46,648 nucleotides of DNA from Octopus sinensis (taxonomy: Eukaryota), in assembly GCF_006345805.1 (NCBI RefSeq), contig NW_021834643.1, positions 1 through 46,648 of the forward strand. Direction: 5' to 3'. The notes below the pieces were generated by a model. It was not told the origin of the DNA. It searched no databases and was given only the letters and a program-made list of their open reading frames with translations. Shown here one piece after another: positions 1 to 12,860 of the stretch (its first letter is position 1; the number at the start of each line of letters is the position of its first letter). A program made the position numbers and the translations under genes.

Positions 1-30
1 ATCGCGAAGTAGAAACTAGTACTTCGCGGA

Positions 31-36
31 TTATAC

Positions 37-85
<49 letters not shown>

Positions 86-215
86 ATATTATGTACATAT
101 ATATATATATATATACTATATCTATATATAATTATATATGATATTATACATATATATATATATACACACAATATATATTTATATCTTTTATATATATATA
201 TCTGTATATATTTTA
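31..215. repeat. (TA)n microsatellite
   Basis: Direct inspection. Confidence 0.95.
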
Positions 216-1029
216 TTTTTATTATAAAACAAAACAACACCATGGACGAATCAGGTTGCGCTTTCGAATCGTGTTAGGATTCTTCTAAGACAGTCATGAA
301 TGCCACAACATCCTTATTTTTATTTCGCCTTTAATCTGTCGCAGGCGATCAACATCCGGGATATCTGTGAATGTTGTGGTGGTCGTTGTGGTAAAGGTCG
401 TTATATTGGTTTACTTACAAACCTAATGCCCTTAGCAACATGACTTGCAACCCAAGCTACTTCGGTATAGGCATATAAACTAACCTTGTGTTTGTTCTTA
501 TTGTTTTCGTTGATATTGTCGGATTTAGTGTTTAACCCTTGGTTTCCTCTGGTCAAACAAACCTACTAGGATCAAACACATTCCAGCAATGATCATCACG
601 TCTTTTATAAATTTGTTGTTGTTATTGTTGCTGCTATTACCCAGATGCTCGTGATTTTATTATCGTATTAGTCCTTCATTAAGAATACAAAGATCGTTAT
701 ATAAGGAAGATTTGATTGCTATTTCTAACGGTAGTTCTAAGAACCCAATATGTTCCGTATGAACTTCAATTAGTGACCGGTCAATAACGGGTAATTTTGA
801 TTCAAGATCGAAGCTTTCCAGGAAAGGAATCATTGTTTTTTTACAAGGTGACATCTCTCATTGTCCCGTGGAGATGACACATCGATCTGCTAGAGTCACA
901 AATATATACAAACACAATCCACGTACATCATGACCGGATTCAAAGATACAGTTTCGAAATTTCACAGAGAATATCACGACGTTCATTGCCCTCTCTGACG
1001 ATTTAGAAAACAACAAACACACATAAATA

Positions 1030-1460
1030 GGAGCGGGCGTGGTTGTGTGGCGAGAAGTTTGCTTCCCAACCACATGGTTCCGGGTTCAGTCCCACAGCAT
1101 GGCACCTCGGCTAAATGTCTCGTACAATCGTCTCTGGCCGACTAAACACTTCTGAGCAGATTTGGGTAGACGGTAACCGAAAAAAGTTCATACATGTGTG
1201 TGTGCGTGTGTGTAACATTGTGTGTGTGTATGTGTTTGTGCCTTTGCGTGTGAGCGCATGTCTGTTTGTCCACACAACCGCTTGACAAACGCTGTTGATT
1301 TGATTACGTCTATGTAACTTAGCGGTTCGGCAAATATATAACCGACAGAATAAACACCATGTTCACAAAAATATTACCGGTGTCGATTCTTTCGACTAAA
1401 ACCTCTTCAAGGCGGTACCCCAGCATGGCCGCAATCTAGTGAAAGAAGCAAGTAAAAGAT
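1030..1460 (+). mobile_element. tRNA-derived SINE, family A (diverged copy)
   Basis: Head GGCGTGGTTGTGTGG...GGTTCAGTCCC, internal (GT)n, tail ...CCCCAGCATGGCCGC...AAGTAAAAG; homologous to 1463-1858, 12183-12333 and 15527-15974. Confidence 0.85.
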
Positions 1461-1462
1461 GA

Positions 1463-1858
1463 ATGTGTGGTAAGTAGCTTGCTTACCAACCACATGGTTC
1501 TGGTTTCAGTCCCACTGCGTGGCACCTTGGGCATGTGTCTTGTACTATAACCTAGCGCCGACCAAAGCCTTGTGAGTGGATTTGATAGACGGAAACTGAA
1601 AGAATCCCGTCGTATATATGTATATATGTATATATCTACGTGTGTGTATATGTTTGTGTGTCTGTGTTTGTCCCCACAACATCGCTTGACAGCCGATCTG
1701 GTGTGTTTACCTCCCCGTAACTTAGCGGTTCAGCAAAAGGAGAACGATAGAATAAGTACTAGGCTTACAAAGAATAAGTCCTGGGGTCGATTTGCTCGAC
1801 TAAAGGCGGTGCTCCAGCAAGGCCACAGTCAAATGACTGAAACAAGTAAAAGAGTAAG
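1463..1858 (+). mobile_element. tRNA-derived SINE, family A
   Basis: Near-complete copy directly abutting the previous one. Confidence 0.9.
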
Positions 1859-1933
1859 TAATGAATGTCACTCTCCACCGTTGATCTCATCGCCTATATC
1901 ATAAACTTAGTCAGAATAAATAGGCGTAAGTTT

Positions 1934-2084
1934 AACGTTCTGAGTTCAAATTCTGCCGAGGTCGACTTTGCCTTCCATCCTTTCGGGTCGATAAATTAAG
2001 TACCAGTTGCGCACTGGGGTTCGATCTAATCGACTTGCTCCTTCCCCAAAAATTTCGAGCCTTGTGCCTAGAGTTGAAAAGAAT
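1934..2084 (+). mobile_element. SINE family B (Nin/Deu-domain-like core), 3' part
   Basis: GAGTTCAAATT..GCCGAGGTCGACTTTGCC.TTCATCCTTTCGGG.TCGATAAATTAAGTACC core plus AAATTTCG.GCCTTGTGCCTAGAG tail. Confidence 0.85.
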
Positions 2085-2277
2085 AGACGTAAGTTTATAT
2101 GACATAAAGTGCTAATGGTATCACAACAGCAAGACATAAGGAGGCTGACGTTCATGTGTGTGTCTCAATGAGATTCAGGGTCAACAAGAGGCATCGAACG
2201 TTTGCTGGTGCGATCGATACGCGCGTTAGTATTTTCCTCGAGAACGAGGATCGAAACCGGCTTGCGATTGTCGTCTA

Positions 2278-2769
2278 CTAATCTATCTATCTATCTATCT
2301 ATCTATCTAGCTACCTACCTATCTGTCTATATCTGTCAGTCTGTCTGTATGTATGTATGTATGTATGTCTAACTATCTATCTACTTATATACATACATTC
2401 AACATATATATATATATATAGTCTGTGTGTGTGTGAGAGTGTATGTATATGTATTAACATTATGTTTATATATACATATGCGTGTCTGTGTGTGTGCTCG
2501 TGTGTGCCTGTGCGTGTATATACGTGTGTCCGTGTGGAATTAAATACTTTTTTTTACACAGATGGGCACACGTGCGTACAATCACACACACAGACACACA
2601 CACACAAACAGAGGGGGGAAGAGAAGGAGAAAAAGAATGAGAAATACGCAAAAAAAACTGTCACACGCGCTCGGAAATAAAGACAGATTCAAAACACATG
2701 CGCACATCACTCTCTCTCTCTCTCGCTCTTACACACACACACACACACACACATATAAAGAAAGAAGAA

Positions 2770-2817
<48 letters not shown>

Positions 2818-3142
2818 AGGAAAGGATGAAAGAGGGAAGGAAAGAAAGAAAGAATGATAGAAACAAACAAACAAACAAACGAAGGAAAGAAGAAATGAAT
2901 GAATGAATGAATGAATGAAGGAAGGAAGGAAGGAAGGAAGAGGGTGTGACAGAGAGTGACAGAAAGAAAGAGCGTAAAGCTGGCAGAAACATGGAGACGC
3001 GTGAATAGAGAGAAAGACACGCGCATCCACGCGCAAACAGAGACGTACAGATTAGATATAAGAAGGAGAGACATGCATACTGGAGAGGAGAGAGATTGAC
3101 AGAAAGGAACATGGAGCGTATGAATGAGAGAGGGTGAGTAAG

Positions 3143-3214
<72 letters not shown>

Positions 3215-3219
3215 TGATT

Positions 3220-3262
<43 letters not shown>

Positions 3263-3276
3263 TGATTGATAGATAT

Positions 3277-3310
<34 letters not shown>

Positions 3311-3469
3311 TGATAGATAGATAGATAGATTGATAGATAGATTGATAGATAGATTGATTGAATAGATAGATAGATATATAGATAGATAGATAGATATATA
3401 GATAGATAGATAGATAGAAGATAGATAGATAGATAGATTGAGAGATAGATGATAGATAGATATATATAT

Positions 3470-3552
<83 letters not shown>
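2278..3552. repeat. Compound microsatellite block: (TCTA)n, (TATG)n, (CA)n, (AAAG)n, (GAAT)n and ~400 bp of (GATA)n at 3143-3552
   Basis: Direct inspection; explains several low-complexity ORFs. Confidence 0.95.
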
Positions 3553-3899
3553 TGTTTCTTATTGGCCACACAGGGCTGCACACAGATGGGACAAGTTACA
3601 AGGTAGAGTTTTCTTTTTGGGCATGAAGAGAACAAAAAACAAAAGAAAAAAAAAGGGGTGGCGTAGGTTTTTCGATCAAGAGGGATCATAAAAGGGAAGA
3701 AAAGAACAAAAAAAATTGAATAAAATAAAAGGAATAAAAAGAAGAAAAAAAAAAGGAAAGGAAAAGGAACAAAAGGAAAGAGAAATGAAAAAAGAAGAAA
3801 AAAGGGGAAAAAAAGGGGAAGAGGAAAAAAAGAACGATCAATAGGGATCGTGTATCACAGTGTTATGATATATGGTGTAAAGGGGATAGATAGATATAT

Positions 3900-3932
<33 letters not shown>

Positions 3933-4654
3933 TGGATAGAGACATGCATGCGCATCTTTCGTTATTGCTTGAAGTACAAACATTTCTGGTCTAGACCCTG
4001 TTTATATTCACTCTATAGTCAACACTGTTCTCTGTTCTTCTTTCTTTCTTTCTTTTTTTCTTTTTTTCTTTCTTTCTTTCTTTCTTTCTTTCATTCTTTG
4101 TTTCTGTCTTCGTATGTGTGTGTTTGTGTGTCGGTGTGTCTTTGCGTAAATATATATACACATCAAATATTCACATATACGTAATAAGCGTATATCTGTT
4201 TATGCACACACAAGAACACGCACAAAAACAGGGACAGACACGCACACAAACACACACACACACACACACACACACAACACACATGCACCAAGACGACTAG
4301 CAGCCTCCCCCTCCTCCCACACACACACATACATACATACATACATACATACGTACATACATAGTCTCATTTTCGCATCTCTGAAATAATATACATACAT
4401 CAATACATAGTAGGCGGACGCACTGACACAAACTTATATACGCCCACATACACGCACACACGTACACACGCACATGCACACACACATACACACATATCTA
4501 AGATATCATTTATGTAAACAAGGGCAATAAAAATATTAAACTGCAATCATTGTCTATTTCCAACACATCTGTCCATGCATTCACGTTCAACATTATGTAT
4601 AAAAATATGGTATAAATATATATATATATCATATATATATATATATATAAAGGT

Positions 4655-4729
<75 letters not shown>

Positions 4730-4733
<4 letters not shown>

Positions 4734-4945
4734 TAATCCAAACAAGAAAACACAAAAAAAAAAACACAACAACGCGAGGACGTGGAACAATTAAAGTATT
4801 ATTGGACGCTCAGGAAGAAGGGAAGAAGGAGGGTTTACGTTTCGAGCGGAGCTCTTCGTCGAAACATAGGAGAAGGAAAGATCCCGAAAAAGTGAAGACA
4901 GAGGATATAAAAAAATCGCCAACGGTACACACGAGGTCACATATA
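4730..4945 (-). mobile_element. Short non-autonomous Penelope-like repeat with GAGC/GCTC hammerhead-like motif (4833-4865)
   Basis: Minus strand GTTT-CGACGA-A-GAGC-TCC-GCTC-GAAACGT-AAAC; closely similar to 44205-44375; between (TA)n tracts. Confidence 0.55.
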
Positions 4946-4949
4946 TCTT

Positions 4950-5176
4950 TATATATTTATACATATATATATATATATATATATAAAGATATATATACAT
5001 ATAAATTTAAAAATAGGATAAAATTTTTATAAGAAATTATCAAGTAGTTAGCGTGACCTATGAATAATAGTACCCTCGATATAATATATATACATAATAT
5101 AATTTATATATATGTGTATATATAATATATATATATAATATATATATATATATATAATATATGTATTATATATTAG

Positions 5177-5208
<32 letters not shown>

Positions 5209-5619
5209 TATTATATATGTATATATATATTAAGATATATATATATATATATATATAATATAATATATATATATATATAGTGTGTAATCCCAACCATACA
5301 TTCTAAATTTTAGCAGGCATGTCCGTAAAGAATTTGTATGTATGTAGTATGTATGTATGTATGTATGCCTGGATGGATGGATGGATGGATGGAATGGATG
5401 GTGGATGGATGAGGGGGTGGAGGGATGGGGAATGTATAGATGGATGGATGGATGGAGGGGTGGAGGGATGGAGGAATGTATAGATGGATGGATGGATGGA
5501 ATTTCCACAAAATTTTATGCATCACATGTTTCTGAAATAGAAAATACTACGACTGGAATACAATAGGACCAAACATTAGAATCGAGTATAATCTACAGGT
5601 ACACACACACACACACACA

Positions 5620-5671
<52 letters not shown>

Positions 5672-5944
5672 ACACACACACACACAAACATACGCACGTA
5701 CGTGAACACACACACGAGCGCTGGCGCACATACACACACACACAGAGACAGAGGCACACACAGTCACACGCTCGACCACCAACACCACAAACACTGCTGC
5801 CGCCGCCACCACCGCCAACACAACCATGCCGCACACCTACACACATAGACTTCTACAGAAAAGGACAGAGAGAGAAATGAAGGAGATAAATTCATAAAAT
5901 ATAATACTTAAAAGTACAACACATGCATATACAAATATATACAT

Positions 5945-5996
<52 letters not shown>

Positions 5997-6033
5997 TATA
6001 TATAATATTATATATATATATATATATATACAA

Positions 6034-6076
<43 letters not shown>
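4950..6076. repeat. Compound microsatellite block (TA)n, (GGAT)n, (CA)n, (AAT)n directly 3' of the C2CD4C-like stop
   Basis: Direct inspection. Confidence 0.95.
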
Positions 6077-6079
6077 TAC

Positions 6080-6088
6080 ACTCACCGC
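6080..6088 (-). promoter_or_regulatory. Candidate splice donor GCG|GTGAGT in the 3' UTR of the C2CD4C-like gene
   Basis: Consensus donor 28 nt after the stop codon, immediately followed by microsatellite-rich sequence. Confidence 0.45.
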
Positions 6089-6113
6089 TTCGCTACTTTT
6101 GGGCCAAGATCTT

Positions 6114-7832
6114 TCACATTCTATTTTCAACCAATAAATTATAATCTGACAGATGGACACATGTTTCACCTAAAAATTCCGGGACAAGATTCTTTTGTCT
6201 ATTTACTAATTTTATTTTAAGATGCATTTTAGCGAAATCCTTAGTTTCAATGTTTGAAAATATGTATTCTTTATTAAAAATTGGGTTCTTGGAATGCTTA
6301 AACACGTCAGTAACCTTTTTTTGTTGTTTGCCTGGCCTAAGGCTTATTTTAGCAAACGCGTTAATTTGGTTGTCGCTTTTGTTTCCTCCGAGGTTTTCGG
6401 CACGAATTAAAAGTACTTTGAACTGTCTCTGTTCTGGCAGGTACTGGAAAGAGAACTTTAATTCCCCGAACTCTGCGACAAGGTGCGCTTGAAGTTGAGA
6501 AATTGACCGCTTTCCTGTAAGAGAGCTATCAGATTTCAGTTCGAACCGGGTTCCAGAAGATGAACCTGGGGAAGAAGGAGATGACGGTGTTAATGTGTTG
6601 AAAGTTTTGTGTTCCATTAAGGGCGAAGTACATTTGTGGTATTTCCTTCTAGGGGTCGGAGAAGGTCCGGCAGATTTATATCCTGGTACTTGTCCTGCTA
6701 AATCCGATAAGTATTTAGCACTATCCACGTTCAAATCAGACAAGGAAGATCGACGCCTATGATAACTGTGACCACGTATTTTGTTTTTATGAGGACTCAT
6801 GGCTCCGGGCGTGGCATCATCTCTGCCATTTTCTTGGAATTCCATACTTCCTCGTTCGTCTTTACTTACCACAGGAGACGATACTGAGATTACAGGGCGT
6901 TTATCCATTCTTGTGTAGCCTGAAGTGGAATGTACGGACAAAGATGGTGAGTTTTTATCAAGAGGTAAAGATAGCTGCCCCGCACTGGCTTTAGAAGATC
7001 TGTTGTACCGTCCGTTGTATGGAACAGAACAGCTATTACTGCTACCGATCGCTGCACCGCCCCCGACACCAATTCCAGAACCAGCACCACTACCGCTGCT
7101 TATGCCACCTCCGCCACTACCACCACCGCCACCACCGCCACCGCCACTGCCAACACTATTACAGCTGATATCGTAGCCGCCTCTGTTATAAGAATATGAT
7201 GCACCTCCACCGAAAGCCGCGGCAGTTTCATCGACCCATCGACTACATCCATCTGTAGCGCGTAGTAAACTAGAAGACATAGATGCCATCGTGTTAGTAA
7301 CAAAAAGCGACTGCGCCGCATGTGGCACCAACACATCCACAGATCTTCTCGGTAGCGAATAGGTCGAATGGCTGGAAGCGGCGTAACTATGCTGTTCGGA
7401 ACCTTCATCTCTTAATGTGTCGATACTTGTTAAAGAATGTCTGTCGTTACGTCCACCGATTCGCGGCCTGTGTTCTTGGCGAGGACTTACAGGCGCTGAC
7501 CGAATCATCATGGGGCTTTTTGGTAAAGTTAAGCAGGAATACGAACCACTAAGAGAAACAGCCGGACTGATTCGATCGGAGTACGGAGCACTGCTTTCGC
7601 TGGTTTGACTCCGTACATCATCTTCTTGCGAAAACTTCTCTTCGCTCGACTGACGGGAGACATCTCCTGAACAAGGAATAATAAACTGCGGTATTGAACT
7701 GGGTGTAACCAACGTACCCCCATATTTCGCCTGGCTGTCCTGTCCACTACAACCACCTGTTATCAGATTGGCAGCGACGGTAACTTTGCATTTACTCACA
7801 AACCAGTCACGTAGTTCTTTGACCGATTCCAT
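6114..7832 (-). CDS. C2CD4C: C2 calcium-dependent domain-containing protein 4C-like (572 aa, coding sequence uninterrupted)
   Basis: Only long non-repetitive ORF; ATG at 7832-7830, TGA at 6116-6114. N-terminal LVTPSSIPQFIIP resembles the vertebrate C2CD4 motif VLTPDKIPDFFIPP, followed by a Ser/Pro-rich middle with RRRSSL. The C-terminal C2 domain (GELKFSFQYLPEQRQFKVLLIRAENL...LRPGKQQKKVTDVFKHSKNPIFNKEYIF...LKIKLVN...FLGE) aligns by eye to C2CD4C (GSVRLLAEY...LVPGKLQKQRSTIVKNSRRPVFNEDFFF...LGE). Exact paralogue name uncertain. Confidence 0.88.
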   Translation of the reverse strand: MESVKELRDWFVSKCKVTVAANLITGGCSGQDSQAKYGGTLVTPSSIPQFIIPCSGDVSRQSSEEKFSQEDDVRSQTSESSAPYSDRISPAVSLSGSYSCLTLPKSPMMIRSAPVSPRQEHRPRIGGRNDRHSLTSIDTLRDEGSEQHSYAASSHSTYSLPRRSVDVLVPHAAQSLFVTNTMASMSSSLLRATDGCSRWVDETAAAFGGGASYSYNRGGYDISCNSVGSGGGGGGGGGSGGGGISSGSGAGSGIGVGGGAAIGSSNSCSVPYNGRYNRSSKASAGQLSLPLDKNSPSLSVHSTSGYTRMDKRPVISVSSPVVSKDERGSMEFQENGRDDATPGAMSPHKNKIRGHSYHRRRSSLSDLNVDSAKYLSDLAGQVPGYKSAGPSPTPRRKYHKCTSPLMEHKTFNTLTPSSPSSPGSSSGTRFELKSDSSLTGKRSISQLQAHLVAEFGELKFSFQYLPEQRQFKVLLIRAENLGGNKSDNQINAFAKISLRPGKQQKKVTDVFKHSKNPIFNKEYIFSNIETKDFAKMHLKIKLVNRQKNLVPEFLGETCVHLSDYNLLVENRM

Positions 7833-7989
7833 TGCGCTCGCGTCACTTCAATAGCATTAAGCAGCCGTGCCTTCACATGTATACAGAGCGACAGCGAGAG
7901 AGACACCACTTCAAACATATGAATAGTCCAGTTGCAGAAGCGTACCGAAGCTCGTACGGTTTACTCTGTGTATGGATGTCTGCATATGT

Positions 7990-8956
7990 TCATATGTATG
8001 TGCCTATGTGTGTGTGTGTGTGTGTGCAGGTTTGTGTGTAGGTGTGGATAAGTATGTGACGTTTCTCAATGTGTGTACGCTTTTGCCTGTGTATGTGCGT
8101 CGCTGCTTATACGACTGCTAATGTGACTGCGAATGTCCTGCATGCGGTGTGTTCTGTATGCGTGCGTCTGTGTATCTGTGTGTACGCGTGTATATGTGCG
8201 CTTCTGCACGCACGTGCTTGCTTTAATATTTTGTTGCAGGCTGTTTGCACGTATGAGTGTGTATACCTGGATGTATGAGTTCCTGTGTTCGTGCGTGCGT
8301 GCGTACATGCATGTGTGTTTGTGTGTGTGTCTGCGTGTGTGTGTGTTTCGTGTGTGCGTGCGGGCATGTATATATATATATGTGTGTATGTGTGTGAGTG
8401 TGTGTTGTGTGTTTATGCGATGTACCTCAATGAATAAGTGACTGGATGTAAATACCTGATTAATATGTTGTGCTGTGTATATCGGTGCAAGCAAGTGTCT
8501 GTGTGTTTATACGTGTATATGTGTGTATACTTGAGTCAGAATACGGATAGGATAAGTATAGCCACTTACACGCACGCACACATACACATATAAATATACG
8601 CAAATACAAGTGTGTCTATATGTGTGTTTGCATGTATATTTAGGTGACTATATGTATATATGTGTGTATGTTTACGTGCGTGTATAAGTATGAAAATTTT
8701 TAAGTTCCTACGTAATATACATATACAAATATACATTCATGCATATACATACGCATGTTTGCATGCATGTATGTGCACATATATGCATATATATATATAT
8801 TGTATATGATATATTTATATATATATATATTTATATATATATATATATGGATGTATGTTTATATTTTAAAATAAACTAAATACATCACTAAATACATGGC
8901 GTAATCATATCAAAAACATACGTGTATATATATATTATATATATATATAATATATA

Positions 8957-8992
<36 letters not shown>

Positions 8993-9470
8993 TTTATGTA
9001 TGTAGTCTGATGTATGTGGTATGTATGTTATATGTATGTATGTGTGGTATTATGTATAATATGTATGTATGTATATGTATATATGTTTGTATGTGTATAT
9101 ATATTATATATACGTCTGTGTGCGTGCGTGTATGAGCGAAGTATGTAAGCGTATATGACCACCAAAAGTCTTTAAAAGTAAGTTTCTGTAATTTTCATGC
9201 TGGACTGCGTATGTAAACTCTGTAATATATATATGTATATATATATATTATATATTGCAACCGGTGTATAATCCAAAAAGCGTGTATATAATCCGAGAAT
9301 GTGTACAATCCAAGAAGCGGCAATATTTAAAACGCAAGAAATTTCCGTAAACTGTAAACTACACGTCTTATCAGTTTCACTCTCTCCTCCCCTCTCCCAT
9401 TCGCTCTCACTCACTCTCTTGTTCTTTTACTCTCTCTATATCTCTCTGTCTCGATTTCTCATCCTCCCCT

Positions 9471-9511
<41 letters not shown>

Positions 9512-10940
9512 TTGTGTGTTTGTGTCTGCGTATATATATATATCTATATGTGTGTGTGTGTGTGTGTGTGATCGCGTGTATGTATTTATATTTATGTCTA
9601 TGTATGAGTATATATATATATATAATATATATATATATATATAATAATAGATAGAGAGAGAGAGAGGGTCGGGGAGAGATAGATTTAAACACAGAATATA
9701 TATATATATATATATATATAAACTTACGAGTCGAAACAGGGGCAGCTGATGAAGGGGAATATTCCTTGTATTGTTTGTCTTGTACTCTGTTTTATCGCTG
9801 TGAAATAAAGTCCGTTTTCTTGTTTGTTTTTATGTTTTCGTTTCTCGTTGTGTTCTACCTTTATTTGTGGTGTCCTGTACTTATATATATACATGCATGT
9901 ATGTATACATATAGATGTAGGTATGTACATATATGTGTGTATGTATGGATGCATATGTTTTATTTGTTAAATTGTTAGTATATATATATGCAAATTATAC
10001 TATATTATATTTTGTGTACATATAGGTGGATAAGTGGGTATATAATTTGTACGTGCATACATATGTGTGTGCATATGCGTATGTGTGTGTATCAGTATAT
10101 ATACATATATTTGTCTATGGCCTCGCCAGACAGGAGTTATGCGTGTGAGAGACAGAGGGAGCTGATGTATACTTGTGTTAAGGTGTATATTTTCTGAATG
10201 CGTATGTTTGTTTGTAAGCGTGTAAAATTTGTCTGGGATAGTATATTATATGTGTGTGTGTGTGCTTGTGTTTGTGTGTGTGTGTGTTTGCTTCACCTTG
10301 AGTGCGCATGCGTCTGTTTATGGGCGTGTGTGTCACTTATGTTATGGTAGCGTAGGTAAACGTTGAGAATATGGTGACATTATGTATGTACGAACTGTGT
10401 GTGTATATGTGTGTGTGTGTATGTGTGTGTGTGTCTGTGTGTGTGCGTGTTCGTCTTTTTGTGTGTGTGTGTACCGGTCAGAGTATTCGTGTACCTGTGT
10501 GCCTGTATGGGTGTGCTCGTATGTGTGTATGTGTGTTTGTCTTTGTGGTGGTTCGGTTTGTTTAAGGTTGCGTCAATGTTTTGTATTATAAAAGAACATC
10601 ACATCCGTGATTAGATGGTGTTGGTGTCTGTGAACTTAACTTAGCAATGTGCAAAGGGAAAGAAGCCAAGATACGTGGGTTCGAACAGTGTCAACTCACC
10701 ACGTATAACTATACGTATGTATGTAGATATATGAATATATAAACACATATATATATATATCAATGGCCACACCCACACATACATACAAACAGACACGCAC
10801 ACACACACACGCACACAGACACGCGCAAACACACACACACACACACGCTCGTTTATTCTCTTCAGCCATACCAGGCAGGAATTGCAGCCATCCTGGGACC
10901 CCACCTGAATATACGTGTGTAAGTGTGCACGAGAGTATGT

Positions 10941-10975
<35 letters not shown>

Positions 10976-10990
10976 CATTCCAAGAAAGTT
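7990..10990. repeat. (GT)n/(TA)n/(TC)n-rich low-complexity region upstream of the gene
   Basis: Direct inspection; short unique islands are interspersed. Confidence 0.85.
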
Positions 10991-11369
10991 AGAGGTTGTG
11001 AATCCAACGAACTAAGGGATAATATCTATCCAATATACTGCTGCTAGAATACCCAATTATTTATACACAAGTGTTTTTTATTGCATTGCAATTACATTAC
11101 TGAGTGTACTAAATGGGTGAAGGTAAAGAGATATTTTACCATTAATTTATAGAGCAATAAAAAAAATGGAGGGGATCAATAGGCGGTATTCATCAACTTT
11201 TAGACATTATATTATGTCAATTTATTTATTTACTAAAAGGAGAATTATAACAATATACATACATGTATAACATATTATGCTTTACATATAAAATATATAA
11301 AATATAAAAATATCAGTAATCATTAAAATATATAACATATAGCAATAGAAATTGGGATATATATATATA

Positions 11370-12860
11370 CTAGCAAACGTCCCCCCCCCCGGTCCATTGG
11401 ACGGTTTGTTTATATGAAGAGGGTTAACTTAGACGGTGTTAAGTTGTGGAGATGTCTGGTGATTGTATGGGGTTGTTACTTTTGGTTAGGGCATTAAAGA
11501 TTCCTGAGACGTTAAAACTGATGACTGATTCTTCTAAATAAGGAAAATTAATTGATAGTGAATCTTAACACAGTGAACCTTTTCAAAATTGTCATGAGGC
11601 CAATAAAATGAAGGGAAGCTGTTCAGCCCACAATATATACAACTTCCAATTGAATCGGACATCATAATTAACCTTAAACTGTTTGCACTCAAGCACTTTC
11701 ACATTAGGATAAGCACAATGTACTCTTCAATAGCACATACCTCATGTTTGTACCTATACGTAAGACTAATCGCTGCTTTATCTCCAAAGTGAAAATTTCG
11801 GAGTGATATGTAAGCAATAAACAGTTCTTTGGCTTTTGCATTTGACGACTGTTGTTTTACGTATTTTATTTCGATTTGGACTGGCGTAGTAGTGAGAACT
11901 ACGGGATAAGTAACATTAGTTTCGAATAAAAATATAAATGAAAGTTTTAATCACTCAATGGACAGGCAAACAAAAACTGCAACACAATAAAGGTCCAACA
12001 ATGGTTAGAGAAGTCTTTCTTCTCGCAAAACCGACACAAAAAGAGTTGAAACTCAGAGGTGAACTAACACAATGTGCAATAAAATAACATAAGGCATGTT
12101 CTTAGCAAATAGATTTTATTTCAAAAATTGAGCAATACAGCTTATTTCAAGTTAGATGAGAAACGTTAGGCAAGGTTACATCTAAGTTTCCGTCTACCAA
12201 ATCCACCCACAAGGCTTTGGTCGGCCCGAGGCTATAGTAAAAGACACTTGCCCAAGGTGCCACGTGCCCAAGGACTGAACCCAAAACCATGTGGTTGGTA
12301 AGCAAACTGCTTACCACACAGCCACTCCTGCGCATATTGCTTTATTTTTACTCACTTAAAGTAACTGCCTTTTCCAAGTAGTTTTTCATGTCAGTTGGTT
12401 TATTGCACGGAAAACAGTCGTAAGAAGACATTTGACCGCGAATGGACGTGGTTGATTACAGTTAATTAAAGTTAGAGTGATATGGATTTTTTTAGCAGCT
12501 TACAAATGTGTGAAAACGCAGAAATAAATACAATTGTTTGTGGTCTAATATTTAAGTGAAACTGAGACTGTATTTACAAATAACAAGCTTTAATTACATA
12601 TAACTGTCATTTAGATGTGAAAACATTGAAATAAATTGTTTAGAATCCCGGTTAAATAACAGGATGGCGGAAGAAACAGGACAAAAAGATTACAAAAATA
12701 GAAATTCTCACTTTGAAACTGATAATTTTGAAAATATTTTTAGATTACGGAACGCCCCGCTCTCTCATGTATCCATGTTTAAAATTTCAGCACAATCGGA
12801 TGAATAATACTCGAGTTATAATCCCACAGAAAACAGACAGAACGGGATTTATATATATAT
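11370..12860 (-). mobile_element. Helitron-like non-autonomous element (with nested SINE)
   Basis: Minus-strand 3' end has a CCGTCCA-a-TGGACCGG hairpin then ...GTTTGCTAG|T at 11370. The other end has the aaatttcagcacaatcgg...acagacag...tttatatat pattern typical of non-autonomous Helitrons. Very degenerate helicase-like traces (QLPFIL, MTI, AL.KVTTP) at ~11460-11640. Confidence 0.5.
12183..12333 (-). mobile_element. SINE family A, 5' part
   Basis: Reverse complement of the family A head and core; lies inside the Helitron-like element. Confidence 0.85.

Noticed and set aside
3-28. 9-bp perfect hairpin CGCGAAGTA/TACTTCGCG
   Set aside because: At the window edge with no context; cannot be assigned, and bacterial-type terminator logic does not apply to this eukaryotic DNA.
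250-300. Minus-strand GAATC/GATTC hairpin followed by GAAAGCGC
   Set aside because: The core reads CTTAGAA and no stem I was found; at best a very old relic.
660-1073. Short minus-strand ORFs (64 and 71 aa) as extra coding exons
   Set aside because: No recognisable homology or convincing splice signals; may be UTR or intergenic.
2240-2275. CCTCG/CGAGG hairpin followed by ATCGAAACCGG
   Set aside because: No CUGANGA-like core upstream and no cleavage triplet.
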